From: an uncultured Candidatus Saccharibacteria bacterium
GTDB lineage: Bacteria > Patescibacteriota > Minisyncoccia > Phycocordibacterales > UBA9973
Direction: 5' to 3'
DNA: 46,957 nt
NCBI GenBank assembly: GCA_964527235.1
Contig: CAZGNC010000001.1
Location: forward strand, 34,263 to 81,219
Below, one piece after another: positions 1 through 9,007 of this stretch. A program made the translations under genes and the position numbers. How positions within the stretch are numbered: position 1 is the stretch's first letter; each line of letters starts with the position of its first letter. The notes beneath the pieces were generated by a model that worked only from the letters and a program-made list of their open reading frames with translations, had not been told where the DNA came from and searched no databases.

Positions 1-352
1 GAAGAAGTACCAGAGTCGGTGCCGGCTGTTAGGTCAGGGGTGCCAGGGGCGGAAGCGCTCGTATCAATTGTCACTGTCAGTGTACTTGAGTCAGCAGAAA
101 CATTACCTGCTGCATCAGTCTGTGAGGCTTTAATCGAATGTACACCATCAGAAAGAGAGGAGGAGGTGATAGTTACCGTACTTGAAGCACAAGAGCCAGT
201 ACCCAAAGAGGTGGCTCCTTCTTTAAGAGTAACCGTAGCGCCACTTTCGCAAGATATTGTGAAGTCAGGTGTAGCGTCAGAGGTTATGTCATCAGTTGAA
301 GAAGTACCAGAGTCGGTGCCGGCTGTTAGGTCAGGGGTGCCAGGGGCGGAAG
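1..352. repeat. 55-bp exact direct repeat (1-55 and 298-352), period 297 bp = 99-aa Ig-like domain repeat
   Basis: GAAGAAGTACCAGAGTCGGTGCCGGCTGTTAGGTCAGGGGTGCCAGGGGCGGAAG occurs at both positions, in the same reading frame. Confidence 0.9.
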
Positions 353-1892
353 GTGCAGTAGTATCAATTACGATTGCTTTGTTTGCTGCTAAACTAGTCG
401 CAGGTACAAAGTTAGTCATTACATTACCTGAAGTGTCAGCAATTGTTCCAGATATAGAAGCTATGTCTAGGTCAGAACTAGTATCTCCAGACTGTACAGT
501 GTAATTACACGTACCAGTGGTAGAGCTAGTTACTGTAAATGTACAAGTTCTGTCTGTTGCCCCTGTCTCTAGGGTTACAGTGACACTACCTGTAGAAGTG
601 ACTGTCTCAGAGAAGGTGACATCTATGTCGATGACTTCACCTACTGTGTATGTGCCGTTAGCTTTGTCTGAAGAAACATTTGTGATGGTGGGAAGAGTAG
701 TGTCTGGCACATACTCTACTAATGCCCAAAGGGTAGATAAGTTAATATCAGGGGCGGTGTCAGTCCCTATTATTCCTATCTGCATATTATCTATAGAGTT
801 GGTTCCTGTGGCAGTCCATGCGACTGTTGTAGTTGGATCTGTGTATGAAGTAAGTGTGTAGTTTCTTGGCGGTATGTCTCCATTGCTTTTATATGTCACA
901 TCATCGTGTGTAGTAGTTGTGCCACTAAATACAGTAGCTGCTGACGCAGATTTTATTCTTAAATTCCAAGCTTCTGAGGCAGCAGAGGCTGCAGCTTCTC
1001 GTACACCCACCTGTATTAAAGTTATAGTAGCAGAAGAACTTAGTCCCGCGCTCGCAGAAGATTCTACATTTACATCTAAAATATCTCCGTCATCGTTTAC
1101 CACACATAACGTTGTTGCATCATCAGGGATAAGCTCGTCAACGCTGGTGTAGTCACCACTGAGACATCCATTGTTGTCTCCCGCCGCGTTGGGTTGCATG
1201 TTTATTATCGAACCAGATCCAGGAAGAGATGTTTGGTTTGTGCCAGAAGAGTCATTGATTGCTACGTCATCCATATACCAGACTCCTTGGGTTTGAGCTT
1301 CGGCTGCGAGATTGCCACCAAATCGTGCATTGTCTAACATGACGCTCAAACTTCTATTTGTTGCGCTTGAAAATTGGGTGCCATCCAGATATCCTCTTAC
1401 TATATGACTTCCAGCCGCCGCAGTTCGGTCTACCATTAGCTCTACGCGATACCAAGTATTAGTAGAAAGTGCAGAAGAGGAACCTATGCTACCATCTTCA
1501 TCCCGCAAAGTAAGAGCGCCTGAACTATTTACAGTAATTCCAGCGATTATAGTGTTTCCATTTTGGAAAGTTAGGAAGTAATTTTCTGCTGTTGGTGCGG
1601 TCGAAAGATAAAAGTATGTACGAACATATATAGGTCCGTTAGTTCCCGATGCTGAAGTGAATGTCTGGACACATCCCTGTGCTGTACCCGAAGATAGACC
1701 AGTGAGCTTAGCGGAATAGTCGCCACCATGTTTTATGGTGCTTTCTATCGTCATAGCTACACCGAGAGCAGTGCATCCGAAGTTATTACTCGTCGTTCCC
1801 ATTTCCCATCCTGCAGACCAAAGGCGTGCAGCTTGAGTTTTAGAGGGTGAGAGTACACACATTATTAATAATATTAAAAGAATTTTTTTCAT
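1..1892 (-). CDS. Large secreted surface protein, 3'-truncated by the window edge: signal peptide, beta-rich N-terminal region, then Ig-like repeats (Big_13-like)
   Basis: Missing from the ORF track because it has no stop in the window. Manual translation from ATG 1892 gives MKKILLILLIMCVLSPSKTQAARLW (signal peptide) and later DTTAPSAPGTPDLTAGTDSGTSSTDDITSDATPDFT, a bacterial Ig-like repeat. Thr/Ser/Gly-rich. I translated it by hand and saw no in-frame stop. Confidence 0.85.
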   Translation of the reverse strand, partial: MKKILLILLIMCVLSPSKTQAARLWSAGWEMGTTSNNFGCTALGVAMTIESTIKHGGDYSAKLTGLSSGTAQGCVQTFTSASGTNGPIYVRTYFYLSTAPTAENYFLTFQNGNTIIAGITVNSSGALTLRDEDGSIGSSSALSTNTWYRVELMVDRTAAAGSHIVRGYLDGTQFSSATNRSLSVMLDNARFGGNLAAEAQTQGVWYMDDVAINDSSGTNQTSLPGSGSIINMQPNAAGDNNGCLSGDYTSVDELIPDDATTLCVVNDDGDILDVNVESSASAGLSSSATITLIQVGVREAAASAASEAWNLRIKSASAATVFSGTTTTHDDVTYKSNGDIPPRNYTLTSYTDPTTTVAWTATGTNSIDNMQIGIIGTDTAPDINLSTLWALVEYVPDTTLPTITNVSSDKANGTYTVGEVIDIDVTFSETVTSTGSVTVTLETGATDRTCTFTVTSSTTGTCNYTVQSGDTSSDLDIASISGTIADTSGNVMTNFVPATSLAANKAIVIDTTAPSAPGTPDLTAGTDSGTSSTDDITSDATPDFTISCESGATVTLKEGATSLGTGSCASSTVTITSSSLSDGVHSIKASQTDAAGNVSADSSTLTVTIDTSASAPGTPDLTAGTDSGTS

Positions 1893-1998
1893 TTTATGAA
1901 AACAGTGATGACTGTGTGGTGTTGAAAATTTCAAACCAACAAGCGCATCGAGCTAGCTATAATTATACCTTTTTTAAATGGCGGAATGCTAGTATTTT

Positions 1999-2613
1999 TT
2001 ATCTCAGCACAGTCTTTAAAATAGGGTATATTTTATCAGCTATTTTTTGGTATCCAAGGTCGTTTGGGTGTATCGCGTCGCTCATTAGATTGGGGTGTCC
2101 GATTATGCCTTCTAACACATTTGGTACGTAAAGCGCACCTCGTTTTCGAGCAAGCTCTTCGAAACGGTTTTCATATTTATCTCCGATTATTCCACCTTGA
2201 ATACCGAGTAGTACTACCACAGCGCCTTTATCTTGAATTTTTAAGACTATGTCATCGATGTTTTTGAAAGTTTCCTCGATACTTATTTTTCGGAGATAGT
2301 CATTTCCTCCAAGAAGAATGAGAACTATTTTAGGATCTTCGGATACTACTTCTGAGACCCTAGCTAGTCCTTCTGCGCTGGTGTTGCCAGATACCCCCAT
2401 GTTTATTATTGGTTCACCAATTAGACTACTTAGGACAGAAGGGAAGTCATTGCCTGTAGTTGCACCCACACCCTGCACTAGGCTGTCTCCTAATATAACT
2501 ATTGTTTTACCATCATTTGGATAATTTGCTATCTTAGTAGGTCTATTAGAAAAAACAAGAACACCAATGCCTAGGGCTAGAAGAATAATTATTGATATTA
2601 TTGTTTTTCTCAT
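1999..2613 (-). CDS. SGNH/GDSL-family hydrolase (arylesterase-like) with N-terminal membrane anchor
   Basis: Blocks GDSL, GVSGNT, GGND and DAIHPN; hydrophobic N-terminus. Confidence 0.9.
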   Translation of the reverse strand: MRKTIISIIILLALGIGVLVFSNRPTKIANYPNDGKTIVILGDSLVQGVGATTGNDFPSVLSSLIGEPIINMGVSGNTSAEGLARVSEVVSEDPKIVLILLGGNDYLRKISIEETFKNIDDIVLKIQDKGAVVVLLGIQGGIIGDKYENRFEELARKRGALYVPNVLEGIIGHPNLMSDAIHPNDLGYQKIADKIYPILKTVLR

Positions 2614-2672
2614 ATGGAATTAGGGGCTTTTTTATGGTACAATTATTATATTATAAACTATCCAAAAAACTT

Positions 2673-3020
2673 ATGAAAATATTTATAAATTGGCTCATAT
2701 ATGCTATCGCTATTGTTATCACTTCTTATCTATTACCAGGAGTATCTATCGCAGGATTTTTCTCGGCTTTGATTCTGGCTGTGGTTTTGGGTGCTATTAA
2801 TGCTTTTATTAAGCCTGTCGTTGTTATTCTTACGTTGCCGATTAATATCTTAACCCTCGGTCTTTTCACCTTAGTTATCAATGCTCTACTTGTAATGCTG
2901 GCATCAATTGTTGTGCCTGGATTTGGGGTGGATGGTTTCTGGTGGGCAATGCTCTTCGCAATAGTGCTATCTATGGTGACTTGGGTATTGTCACGTTTTG
3001 ATGGAAACCCTAATAACTAG
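2673..3020 (+). CDS. 4-TM membrane protein, phage-holin superfamily IV (YvlD-like)
   Basis: LGAINAFIKPV..LTLPINILTLGLFTLVINAL and GFGVDGFWWA are typical of the family. ATG 2673 preferred over the ORF-track start. Confidence 0.85.
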   Translation: MKIFINWLIYAIAIVITSYLLPGVSIAGFFSALILAVVLGAINAFIKPVVVILTLPINILTLGLFTLVINALLVMLASIVVPGFGVDGFWWAMLFAIVLSMVTWVLSRFDGNPNN

Positions 3021-3077
3021 GGTACGCCATGGTCGCCTTTCTTTTTCGTAAAAATAATGTAAATTAAGAAGGTGTAC

Positions 3078-3162
3078 GGAGGCGTCGCATAGCGGTCTAG
3101 TGCGCACGCTTGGAAAGCGTGTGTGGGTTATACCACCGAGAGTTCGAATCTCTCCGCCTCCG
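3078..3162 (+). tRNA. tRNA-Ser(GGA), CCA not encoded
   Basis: Acceptor stem GGAGGCG/CGCCTCC with G discriminator; anticodon arm CACGC-TTGGAAA-GCGTG; long variable arm; T-loop GTTCGAATC. Confidence 0.95.
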
Positions 3163-3164
3163 CA

Positions 3165-3926
3165 GTGAAAAAGTTTATTATTCTAAATAAAAAAGAAGGT
3201 GAGACCCCACTAGAGGCTTTGGAGCTTTTTCGGTCTAAAAACAAAGCCTACAAAGACCTGCCGATGACTTATGCAGGCAGGCTTGATCCTATGGCAAGTG
3301 GGCTACTTTTAATACTTGCAGGCGATGAGACCAAGAATAAAGATAAGTATCTGGGGCTTGATAAAGAGTATGAATTCTCTGTGCTGTTTGGCTTCGCGAC
3401 TGATACATATGATGTCTTGGGCAAGATTGTTTCCACTCAAGATCTAAAAATTAATGATAAAGATTTAGTTAAAAATATCAAAAAACATTTATCAAAATTT
3501 AAGGGAAAATTTATTCAAGAGTATCCCATGTATTCTTCTAAGACTGTGAAAGGTAAACCATTATTTACTTACGGTCGAAGTGGGGAAGAAGTAGAGGTTT
3601 CTGTGCGAGAGGTTGAAGTTAAAAATTTGAGATTTATAAAGTTAAGTAAAATAACGGGTGTCAAACTTCTAAAAGATGTTGAAAAAAGAATTGCAAAGGT
3701 AGGTGGCGACTTCAGGCAAAAGGAAATTCTAGATATTTGGGATAAAAATTTAGCTAGCAAGAGAGAAGAAATTTTCTACATTGCGAACTTTAAAACTAAA
3801 TGTAGTAGTGGCACTTATGTTCGAGGAATTGCGAATTCTTTAGGTAAAGTTGTAGGCGTCCCAGCACTTGCGTATTCGATAAAGCGGATTAAAATCGGGA
3901 AATTTGCTAGAATAGCACGATGGTAG
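3165..3926 (+). CDS. truB: tRNA pseudouridine(55) synthase TruB-like, no PUA domain
   Basis: YAGRLDPMASG catalytic-Asp motif, ATDTYD, CSSGTYVR. GTG 3165 chosen because the ORF-track start lies inside the tRNA. Confidence 0.8.
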   Translation: MKKFIILNKKEGETPLEALELFRSKNKAYKDLPMTYAGRLDPMASGLLLILAGDETKNKDKYLGLDKEYEFSVLFGFATDTYDVLGKIVSTQDLKINDKDLVKNIKKHLSKFKGKFIQEYPMYSSKTVKGKPLFTYGRSGEEVEVSVREVEVKNLRFIKLSKITGVKLLKDVEKRIAKVGGDFRQKEILDIWDKNLASKREEIFYIANFKTKCSSGTYVRGIANSLGKVVGVPALAYSIKRIKIGKFARIARW

Positions 3927-4840
3927 CACAAGATTTTCTTACAATAATATTTGGTGTGGTTGTGACGGGGTTTCTCATTGCTGACCTAGGATTTTTCAAC
4001 AAGAGTAGTCACAAGATAAGTCTGCGGTCTGCATTATATCAGTCTATTTTTTGGATTGCGGTTTCTTTGCTTTTCGGAGCTCTTATATATGTGTACATGG
4101 GGAAAATTCTAGCTATTGAATTCTTGAGTGCCTATGTTACTGAGAAGATGCTTTCGGTTGATAATCTTTTCATAATAATGCTCATATTTAGTTACTTTAA
4201 TCTCGAAGAGAAGTATCACCATCGGGCTCTCTTCTGGGGGATTCTTGGCGCCATTGTTTTTCGTGGGGTGTTTATTGTTGCCGGGTCTTATATTGTAAGT
4301 CAGTTCCACTCCGTGCTTTATATCTTCGGCGCGATACTTCTCTATACGGGTATCAAGCTTCTAGGGGATAAGAAAGAAGAGCACATTGATTTCAAGCATA
4401 GCAAGGTCGTGAAGTTAGCACACAAACTCTTACCTTTTACTGATAGTCATCATGGAGGGAAATTCTTTTTACGCGAAAATGGCAAGTTCTTCTTCACTTC
4501 ACTGTTTATGGTGGTACTCCTAGTAGAAGCTACGGATATTATATTTGCGGTTGACTCTATTCCTGCTGTGTTCGCAATAACTCAGAATCCTTTTATAGTT
4601 TTTACGTCTAATATATTTGCCATTTTAGGTTTACGAGCCCTTTTCTTCTTACTTGAAAATATTTTGCATCGATTCCATCATCTACAGAAAGGTCTGGCGG
4701 TAGTGCTTATCTTCATAGGACTCAAGATGCTAGCTGGGATATTTCATGTGCATATTTCTTCACTTGTATCTTTTTCTGTAATCATGCTTGCCCTAATTTT
4801 CTCTATTGTTCTGTCCTATATTTTCCCTAAGAAGATCTAG
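3920..4840 (+). CDS. TerC/Alx-family membrane protein
   Basis: EKMLSVDNLF, ALFWGILGAIVFRG, DIIFAVDSIPAVFAIT, FTSNIFAILGLRALFF. Confidence 0.92.
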   Translation: MVAQDFLTIIFGVVVTGFLIADLGFFNKSSHKISLRSALYQSIFWIAVSLLFGALIYVYMGKILAIEFLSAYVTEKMLSVDNLFIIMLIFSYFNLEEKYHHRALFWGILGAIVFRGVFIVAGSYIVSQFHSVLYIFGAILLYTGIKLLGDKKEEHIDFKHSKVVKLAHKLLPFTDSHHGGKFFLRENGKFFFTSLFMVVLLVEATDIIFAVDSIPAVFAITQNPFIVFTSNIFAILGLRALFFLLENILHRFHHLQKGLAVVLIFIGLKMLAGIFHVHISSLVSFSVIMLALIFSIVLSYIFPKKI

Positions 4841-4864
4841 TCTTTTCGGTATATAATACTTAGT

Positions 4865-7800
4865 ATGTCTTTACAAAAAGGAGCGGTAGCAGGGTTTAAA
4901 GAACAATATGGCTTGTTAAATAAGGCTCAAAAAGAGGCGGTAGATGCTATAGATGGGCCTGTTATGGTTGTCGCAGGTCCCGGTACGGGCAAGACCCAGA
5001 TACTTGCTCTACGTATTGCTAATATCTTGCAGAAGACAGATGCCAAGCCCGAGGACATCTTGGCGCTTACTTTCACTAATGCCGGAGTAATATCAATGCG
5101 GGAGCGCCTACAGAAGATGATTGGGGAGGAAGCTTACAGAATAAATATTTTCACCTTTCATTCTTTCTGTGAGAACGTTATTAAAGATTTCCCATTTTAT
5201 TTCAAGAAGTTTACTGGTGCGAGAGTTATCAATGATCTTGAGCGGGTTGAGATATTAGAGAAAATTCTAGGAAAAAATGATTTCATTGAGCTTTCAACGT
5301 TTAACGATGATTTTTATTTTTTGAAAGATATTGCGCGAGCCGTAAATAGTATCAAGAAAGAAGGCCTCTCACCCAAAGAGTTCGAAGCACTGATTCCAAA
5401 GTGGCGCAATGCGTTGCTCCAAGATGAAGATGTGTTCTATAAGCGTGATTATGGTGAATATAAAAAGGGTGATATCAAGCCAGCCGAGAAAGAAAAGATA
5501 GATCACAAAATAGCCAAGGTTAATGAATTGGTAACTATATTTAACTTATATCAAGAAGAACTAGATCATCTAGGACGGTATGATTTCAGTGATATGATCC
5601 TCTCGGTCTTGGCAGAGCTCGAACAGAACCTAAGTTTGAAAGCTGACTTATCAGAGAAATTTCAATATTTTTTAGTCGACGAACACCAAGATACAAACAC
5701 TGGGCAGAATAGATTAATAGAACTTTTGACCGACGCGCCACACCTAGAAGGCAAGGCAAATATTTTTGCCGTGGGGGATGAGAAGCAGTCCATCTATCGT
5801 TTTCAGGGAGCCAGCCGAGAGACATTTAGACACTTTGAGAGTTTGTATAAAGATATAAAGCACATTACTCTAAGTGAGAACTATCGTTCAACACAGAACA
5901 TTCTCGACGCAGCAACGTCACTTATAGAACACAATGCAGAACTTGCTAACACCGAAAGACTAAATGCTAATCAAGATAGAAATGATAAAGTTCAAATACG
6001 AGAATTTTCAAACTATAAGTTTGAGCTCTTATTTTTAGCAGAAGATATAAAGAAGAAAATATCTTCTGGAGTGCGACCGTCTGAGATCTCTGTGATTTAT
6101 CGTGCTCATAAATACGTATATGATATAAAGTCAGTGTTCGATGCTGGTAATATTCCATATACTATTCTATCTAAGGGCCATGTTTTAAATGATGTAAATA
6201 TTAGGAATCTGATTACGCTTTTGCGTGTGGTGAATAATCCAAACGACGAAGAATCCTTGGGCAAGGCCTTGTTTATAAACTTTTTAGGGCTAGATGCTTA
6301 CGATTCTGTGCGGATACTTGAGAAGTTTCGTCGTATTAGAACAGAAGATAGAAAGCATATCTTTTCTATAATAGAAAACAAGAAGAATCTACAAGACGCT
6401 GGGGTAGAGAGTGTGGATGATTTCCTGGCTTTTGCGGAACTGATAAAGAAATTAAAGATTGAGTCCGAGCAGGGCGACTTCCCGAATTTCTTTAAATCAT
6501 TTCTCGAGAGTTCTGGGTATCTCAAGGAAATGCTAAATGCTCCCGACGGGCAAGACAGACTTTTGAAAATTGATAAACTTTTCGACGAGATAAAGAAGCA
6601 AGCAGGAGAAAGGGCGGATTATAAACTTTCGAACTTTCTATATTTCGTAGATGCGTTTTTGAAATACAACCTAGATATCGAGTCGGGTGCTCCAGAAATA
6701 ATCGAGGGTGTAAATCTAATGACCGCACATGGATCTAAGGGTAGAGAATTCGAACATGTGTATATTATAAATGCCGTTAGGCGTGGCTGGGAGGGCAGTG
6801 GGTCCTCTAATAATATTGATCTTCCCATACCAGAATATGAAGGTGATACTGAGGATGAGCGTCGGCTATTCTACGTGGCCATGACTCGTGCTAAACATGA
6901 ACTATCTATATCATATGCACACTCTGACAATGACGGTCGCGAGAACGAACCCTCAGAATTTGTAGCGAGTATTGACGAGGCATACGTGAGTAAGGAAGAG
7001 ATGAGTAAATTTGAAGAGACAAACTTAGACAAACTTTTTGATTTTATTTCTCCAAACGAATCACTGAAGTCACTTTATCAAGCAGAGTATATACGAGATA
7101 TATTTTTCAAGCGTACCTTGAATGTTTCGGCCTTGAATAATTATCTTTCCTGTCCGTTAAAATATTTCTACAAGAATTTACTCCAGATTCCTTCTAGTTA
7201 TGAGTCTAGACTTGAATTTGGTAGTGCCATACATGAATCCTTGGAAGAATTTTTCAGCCAGTCACGCGATGCGGAGAAAATTCTAGGAAAAGAAGTATTG
7301 CTTAGGATTTTCGATTCAATAATAAGTAGTAAGTCTTTTAGTGAGAAAGAAGAGAAGAAATTTAGAGAGAGAGGCGAAGAATTGCTCGGAGAATACTACG
7401 ATACCCACTCTGCCAACTGGACCCATAAAGTAGATCTTGAGAAATATATTAAACGTGATTTTGAAACCAAGAGTGGAGAGTCCATAACCATAAGCGGCAT
7501 GATAGACAAGATTGAGTATCTAGATGGTCTTTTTGGTGGCAAGGTAAATATAATAGATTACAAGACTGGTAGAAGTTTCTCTGAGAAATCAAAAGATGAG
7601 AAGAAGGACTATGAACGGCAGATAGTTTTCTACCACTTACTTCTTGAGGGTTATGATGATGGCAAATTCTCTATAAATCAGAGTGTGCTAGATTTCGTAG
7701 AGAAAAATAAAAAGGGTAAATTCGAACAGCATTCATTCCCAGTGCTAAAAGAGAATTTAGATGAACTTAAGCGCGAAATAAATCAATGTGTAGATGAGGT

Positions 7801-7870
7801 TCTATCTTTAGAATTTCTCAAGAAAGGTTGTGGTAAGCGCGATTGCGAATGGTGTGGGTTGGGGAAATAG
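4865..7870 (+). CDS. UvrD/PcrA-family SF1A helicase fused to a C-terminal PD-(D/E)XK nuclease (AddA/AdnAB-like)
   Basis: AGPGTGKT, LALTFTN, LVDEHQD, VGDEKQSIYRFQGA, ENYRS, MTAHGSKGREF, ERRLFYVAMTRA; C-terminal CPLKY..GMIDKIE..IIDYKTG..CGKRDCEWC. Confidence 0.9.
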   Translation: MSLQKGAVAGFKEQYGLLNKAQKEAVDAIDGPVMVVAGPGTGKTQILALRIANILQKTDAKPEDILALTFTNAGVISMRERLQKMIGEEAYRINIFTFHSFCENVIKDFPFYFKKFTGARVINDLERVEILEKILGKNDFIELSTFNDDFYFLKDIARAVNSIKKEGLSPKEFEALIPKWRNALLQDEDVFYKRDYGEYKKGDIKPAEKEKIDHKIAKVNELVTIFNLYQEELDHLGRYDFSDMILSVLAELEQNLSLKADLSEKFQYFLVDEHQDTNTGQNRLIELLTDAPHLEGKANIFAVGDEKQSIYRFQGASRETFRHFESLYKDIKHITLSENYRSTQNILDAATSLIEHNAELANTERLNANQDRNDKVQIREFSNYKFELLFLAEDIKKKISSGVRPSEISVIYRAHKYVYDIKSVFDAGNIPYTILSKGHVLNDVNIRNLITLLRVVNNPNDEESLGKALFINFLGLDAYDSVRILEKFRRIRTEDRKHIFSIIENKKNLQDAGVESVDDFLAFAELIKKLKIESEQGDFPNFFKSFLESSGYLKEMLNAPDGQDRLLKIDKLFDEIKKQAGERADYKLSNFLYFVDAFLKYNLDIESGAPEIIEGVNLMTAHGSKGREFEHVYIINAVRRGWEGSGSSNNIDLPIPEYEGDTEDERRLFYVAMTRAKHELSISYAHSDNDGRENEPSEFVASIDEAYVSKEEMSKFEETNLDKLFDFISPNESLKSLYQAEYIRDIFFKRTLNVSALNNYLSCPLKYFYKNLLQIPSSYESRLEFGSAIHESLEEFFSQSRDAEKILGKEVLLRIFDSIISSKSFSEKEEKKFRERGEELLGEYYDTHSANWTHKVDLEKYIKRDFETKSGESITISGMIDKIEYLDGLFGGKVNIIDYKTGRSFSEKSKDEKKDYERQIVFYHLLLEGYDDGKFSINQSVLDFVEKNKKGKFEQHSFPVLKENLDELKREINQCVDEVLSLEFLKKGCGKRDCEWCGLGK

Positions 7871-7882
7871 ATTTTTAAGTAT

Positions 7883-8087
7883 TTGCGTCTTATTTTCTCT
7901 CATGATATACATAAAGTATGTTTAGTAAGTGCAAAATTAATGTTTTACCCGTACCAACATCCCTAATTTGGGTGGTTGGTTTTTGCGCTTAACTCTATAA
8001 TAAAAAAATTAAACGCAGATACGGGCCACCCAGCGAGGTGGTCTTTTGTTCTTTGGGTTCTTTGACAACTTCATCGTGGAGGTCGAA
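7883..8087 (+). promoter_or_regulatory. proC leader: candidate promoter, 24-codon uORF (7918-7992), two terminator-like hairpins, boxA-like site and SD
   Basis: Hairpin ACCAAC..GTTGGT (7953-7980) plus T tract; hairpin GGCCACC/GGTGGTC (8024-8043) plus T tract; GTTCTTTGACAAC (8057-8069); GGAGG shortly before ATG 8088. Confidence 0.5.
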
Positions 8088-8882
8088 ATGACTAAGTCCC
8101 CAGTGGTTATCGCGGTGTTGGGTGCCGGCAATATTGGCACAATGATCGCCGAAGGAGTTCGTGCATCAAATTTTCGTGGAGAGATTATTATTACAAGAAA
8201 AAGTGGTGTGTTTTCTCCGGAGGAGCAACAACGTTTTACCTGTCTCCACAACAACACAGAAGCTTTACGAGCAGATGTAGTTATCATTGCAGTTCGCCCG
8301 AAGCAGGCAGACGAGGTGCTCAATGAAATCAAGGGATTGGTTGGACCAGAGTGTCTTCTTGTTTCGGTGGTTTCTGGTGTTGCGATTGCTCGCATAGAGG
8401 AGATTGTGGGAGCTGTGCCCATAATTCGTGCTATGCCCAATATCGCTGCACGTTTTGGAGAGTCGATGACGTGCCTCGCGCTGAATAGTTGCGCGGAGGA
8501 ATATCGTGAAGCAGCGAGTAGAATCTTCAAGTCAGTGGGAGATGTCATGTTCATTCCGGAGGAAAAATTTCCGGAAGCTACCGTGTTGTGTGGTTCAGGT
8601 ACCGCGCTTGCCATGAAGTTTGTGCGTGCATTCATGCAAGCCGGCATTCAACATGGTTTCAATGAGCGTGATGCTCTCAAGATTGCAAGTCAGGTCTTGA
8701 AGGGTGCAGCAATGATGTCGTCCCATAGTCATCCTGAAGTTGAGATCGACCGAGTTACGACCCCCGGAGGATGTACAATTGCTGCTCTTGCGGAAATGGA
8801 GCATGCGGGCTTTGGGTCGGCGTTGTTGCGGGGAATTCACGAAGGCGTTGAGAGAGCCAAGAAATTGTATACGAGCGATTGA
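8088..8882 (+). CDS. proC: Pyrroline-5-carboxylate reductase
   Basis: VLGAGNIG Rossmann motif, IAVRP, RAMPNIA, CGSG, VTTPGGCTIAAL. ATG 8088 follows a GGAGG SD. Confidence 0.92.
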   Translation: MTKSPVVIAVLGAGNIGTMIAEGVRASNFRGEIIITRKSGVFSPEEQQRFTCLHNNTEALRADVVIIAVRPKQADEVLNEIKGLVGPECLLVSVVSGVAIARIEEIVGAVPIIRAMPNIAARFGESMTCLALNSCAEEYREAASRIFKSVGDVMFIPEEKFPEATVLCGSGTALAMKFVRAFMQAGIQHGFNERDALKIASQVLKGAAMMSSHSHPEVEIDRVTTPGGCTIAALAEMEHAGFGSALLRGIHEGVERAKKLYTSD

Positions 8883-8899
8883 GAGGTTTGTAGTCAGTG

Positions 8900-8940
8900 G
8901 TGCCCAAGGGAAATTCTTCCTTGGGCACTTATGTATTTTT
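8900..8940 (+). terminator. Intrinsic terminator-like hairpin after proC
   Basis: Perfect 10-bp stem GTGCCCAAGG/CCTTGGGCAC followed by a T-rich tail. Confidence 0.7.
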
Positions 8941-9007
8941 ACACCCTCTTTGATCCTGTGTTTTGTAATTTTATTGATATTTCTGTCTGATTTGATAAGA
9001 TTCCTTC

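Noticed and set aside
19-1152. Plus-strand ORFs 19-504, 517-861 and 874-1152
   Set aside because: Antisense shadows of the minus-strand surface-protein gene.
2673-3020. Holin-family gene beside a tRNA as evidence of a prophage
   Set aside because: This family is common in chromosomes; no integrase, endolysin, structural genes or att duplication are present.
3123-3164. ORF-track upstream starts for truB, gyrB, rnr, DUF378 and the holin-family gene
   Set aside because: They overlap the tRNA, promoter boxes or neighbouring genes; downstream starts fit the families better.
8009-8647. 212-aa minus-strand ORF and similar long antisense ORFs (9170-9727, 13955-14407, 33893-34294, 35071-35658, 45574-45972)
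   Set aside because: Each lies opposite a well-recognised gene and has no recognisable motifs or start signals.
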